Assembly: GCA_964035545.1 (NCBI GenBank)
Contig: OZ037769.1
Location: 17,142,633 to 17,206,632, forward strand
Reading direction: 5' to 3'
DNA from: Bugula neritina
Taxonomy: Eukaryota; Animalia; Bryozoa
DNA length: 64,000 bases
The notes under the pieces were generated by a model. The model did no database searches, had not been told where the DNA came from, and saw only the letters and a program-made list of their open reading frames with translations. Both the position numbers and the translations under genes were made by a program. Shown one piece after another: positions 62,301 to 64,000 of this stretch. Within the stretch, counting starts at the first letter, position 1, and every line of letters begins with the position of its first letter.

Positions 62301-63078
62301 ACTCTCCTAGCCTCAGCCGAATACCAGTCTAGAAATGAGGCTGCATACATCATCTCCCCCTTCCCTTCAGCTAATGGCTTTCCCTGGGAACGTAATGTGA
62401 CAGTCTAAAGCTGTGAAGATGTGCTGTATGTATGCTGTGTTACGTCTAGTCACTTTAGAGTAGATGTACAGTCTACTTACTTTATTACACAACTTACATT
62501 CTCTTCTGTTAACATCTCTCCAAGTTCTGGAATGTTCTCCAATATCAAACTGTACCATTTGTACAGGAGAGCACTTCTTTCCTGTAGAAATAGTAGTTTC
62601 ACTTTGACACTAAAGTTTTTTCACTTTGATATTAGAGTAGTTTCACTTTGATATTAGAGTAGTTTCACTTTGCCACTAGAGTAGTTTCACTTTGACACTA
62701 GAGTAGTTTCACTTTGACACTAGAGTAGTTTCACTTCATTATATAATATAAAGTCATACCTTTGCTGTCTTCTTACTCCACGGACCAAATGCCTCATAGG
62801 CAGCATCTACCGCTGCCTTCGTATCTTCTGCGTCCAGATCATACACCTCTCCAATGAGACTGCCATTCTTAGGGTTGAACACTACAAACCATACTTCTGT
62901 GTAAACACATTACCTTACTAACAAGCTGTACAGTTTCTAGGTACAGTTACAGTATTGTGACCTTATCCTGACCTTGAAACAGCTTCTCTGCTCTTCCTTT
63001 CACCCACTCTCCATTAATATATGACTCGGACCTTCTCAGACTCTCTGACATGATTGTTGAAGTGTGCAAGTTTTTACT
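59378..63078 (-). CDS. ALDH5A1: SSADH/ALDH5A1-like, copy D (may have a further upstream exon not located)
   Basis: Same motifs. The first visible exon opens at a strong acceptor (TTTGTTCCTACAG) and reads [16 protein letters not shown] in frame; ATG at 63051. Confidence 0.88.
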
Positions 63079-64000
63079 CTGTAGGAACAAACAGATAGCA
63101 ATCAGTTTATAAGCTATGCTGCCAGGCAGCACCTTAGACACTACTGTCTACAGGCAGCACAGAGGGAAAAGTTTCAACTCCCCTCCCCTGAGCAGCTCCA
63201 TGTACTGGTTGAGTACAACAAATACTATTCTATAACAAATTTTGATTTTTTATAAATGATTAATGATTCGTGTGGTCAGGATCAGTGAGCCTAGCTTGAG
63301 AGTTATATATGGCATGCTATCCTAAGATTCTGTGATAATCACATTACTCACTGGGATGGTTTATAAGTTAAAACACAGGCTATAAACAAGGCTAAGTGAG
63401 AAAACACAGCTAATCTGTTAAAGACATTGAGCGTTAAAGATCCAACTATTAAAATATAGAGCATGTGTAAATTAAAACCAGCTACTAGCCACTCAGAAGC
63501 ATCAACACGCATGAGTTTGAATTCAAATTGATAACGTAGTAACTGAAGGTGTTATTACTATCATATTATTGCGTCTTATTCTAATCCTTTGGTAGTCATG
63601 CATAATCAGCATGCAAACTATACTAAATTGAAAACTTATCCTTTTAATTTATGTTTATCCCAAGTTCAAGATCACTAGTTACTATGAATATTAGTATTAC
63701 CTAATAATTGACCACCATTAACAAACTAATCATCATATTATAATGATAACAATAAAGGATCAAACCAAATTACAGTCTCAAACAATGAGAATATTAAAAT
63801 AATCTAGTGTAATATGCCAACCATAATTAATGGCAATTATAATAACCATAAAAGTTTATTCTATTGTACATTTAATATATGATCAAATAAAACACCACAA
63901 AAATATTCTGTAAATAACCTAATAAACATAGGACAACAGCAAAACAAAGCATCATAATAATCAAGTTAGGTAACCCACTCTAGGACATATATTATGGGAA

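Noticed and set aside
50387-63078. SSADH copies as a pure assembly artefact
   Set aside because: Copies have distinct flanks, introns, SINE content and amino-acid changes; only copy C remains partly open to this doubt.
63346-63420. CCA|GTGAGT (minus) as donor of the SSADH-D presequence exon
   Set aside because: In-frame TAA four codons upstream; at most a non-coding exon.

Overview
AT-rich, intron-containing animal (invertebrate-like) genomic DNA; the taxon cannot be fixed from sequence alone. Gene order: G-protein alpha-o (+, 8 exons) with an intronless ankyrin/SOCS-box-like gene nested on the same strand in intron 2; ALG10 (+); WDR63/DNAI3 (-); RNFT1/2-like RING-TM protein (+); cytosolic threonyl-tRNA synthetase (+); PRCC (-); TMEM203 (+); and four tandem SSADH/ALDH5A1-like genes (-). 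Most long ORFs in the track are translations of intronic micro- and minisatellites. Three observations stand out. (1) Many intronic tandem repeats are amplified splice signals (donor junctions, acceptor junctions, branch points, AG|GT sites), including 16 in-frame acceptors in the ThrRS gene. (2) The SSADH paralogs are largely homogenised but differ at known substrate-pocket residues, and three appear to lack a mitochondrial presequence. (3) RFX X-box and Forkhead motifs occur both at the DNAI3 promoter and as minisatellite arrays in neighbouring genes. Coordinates and counts were read by eye and are good to a few bases.
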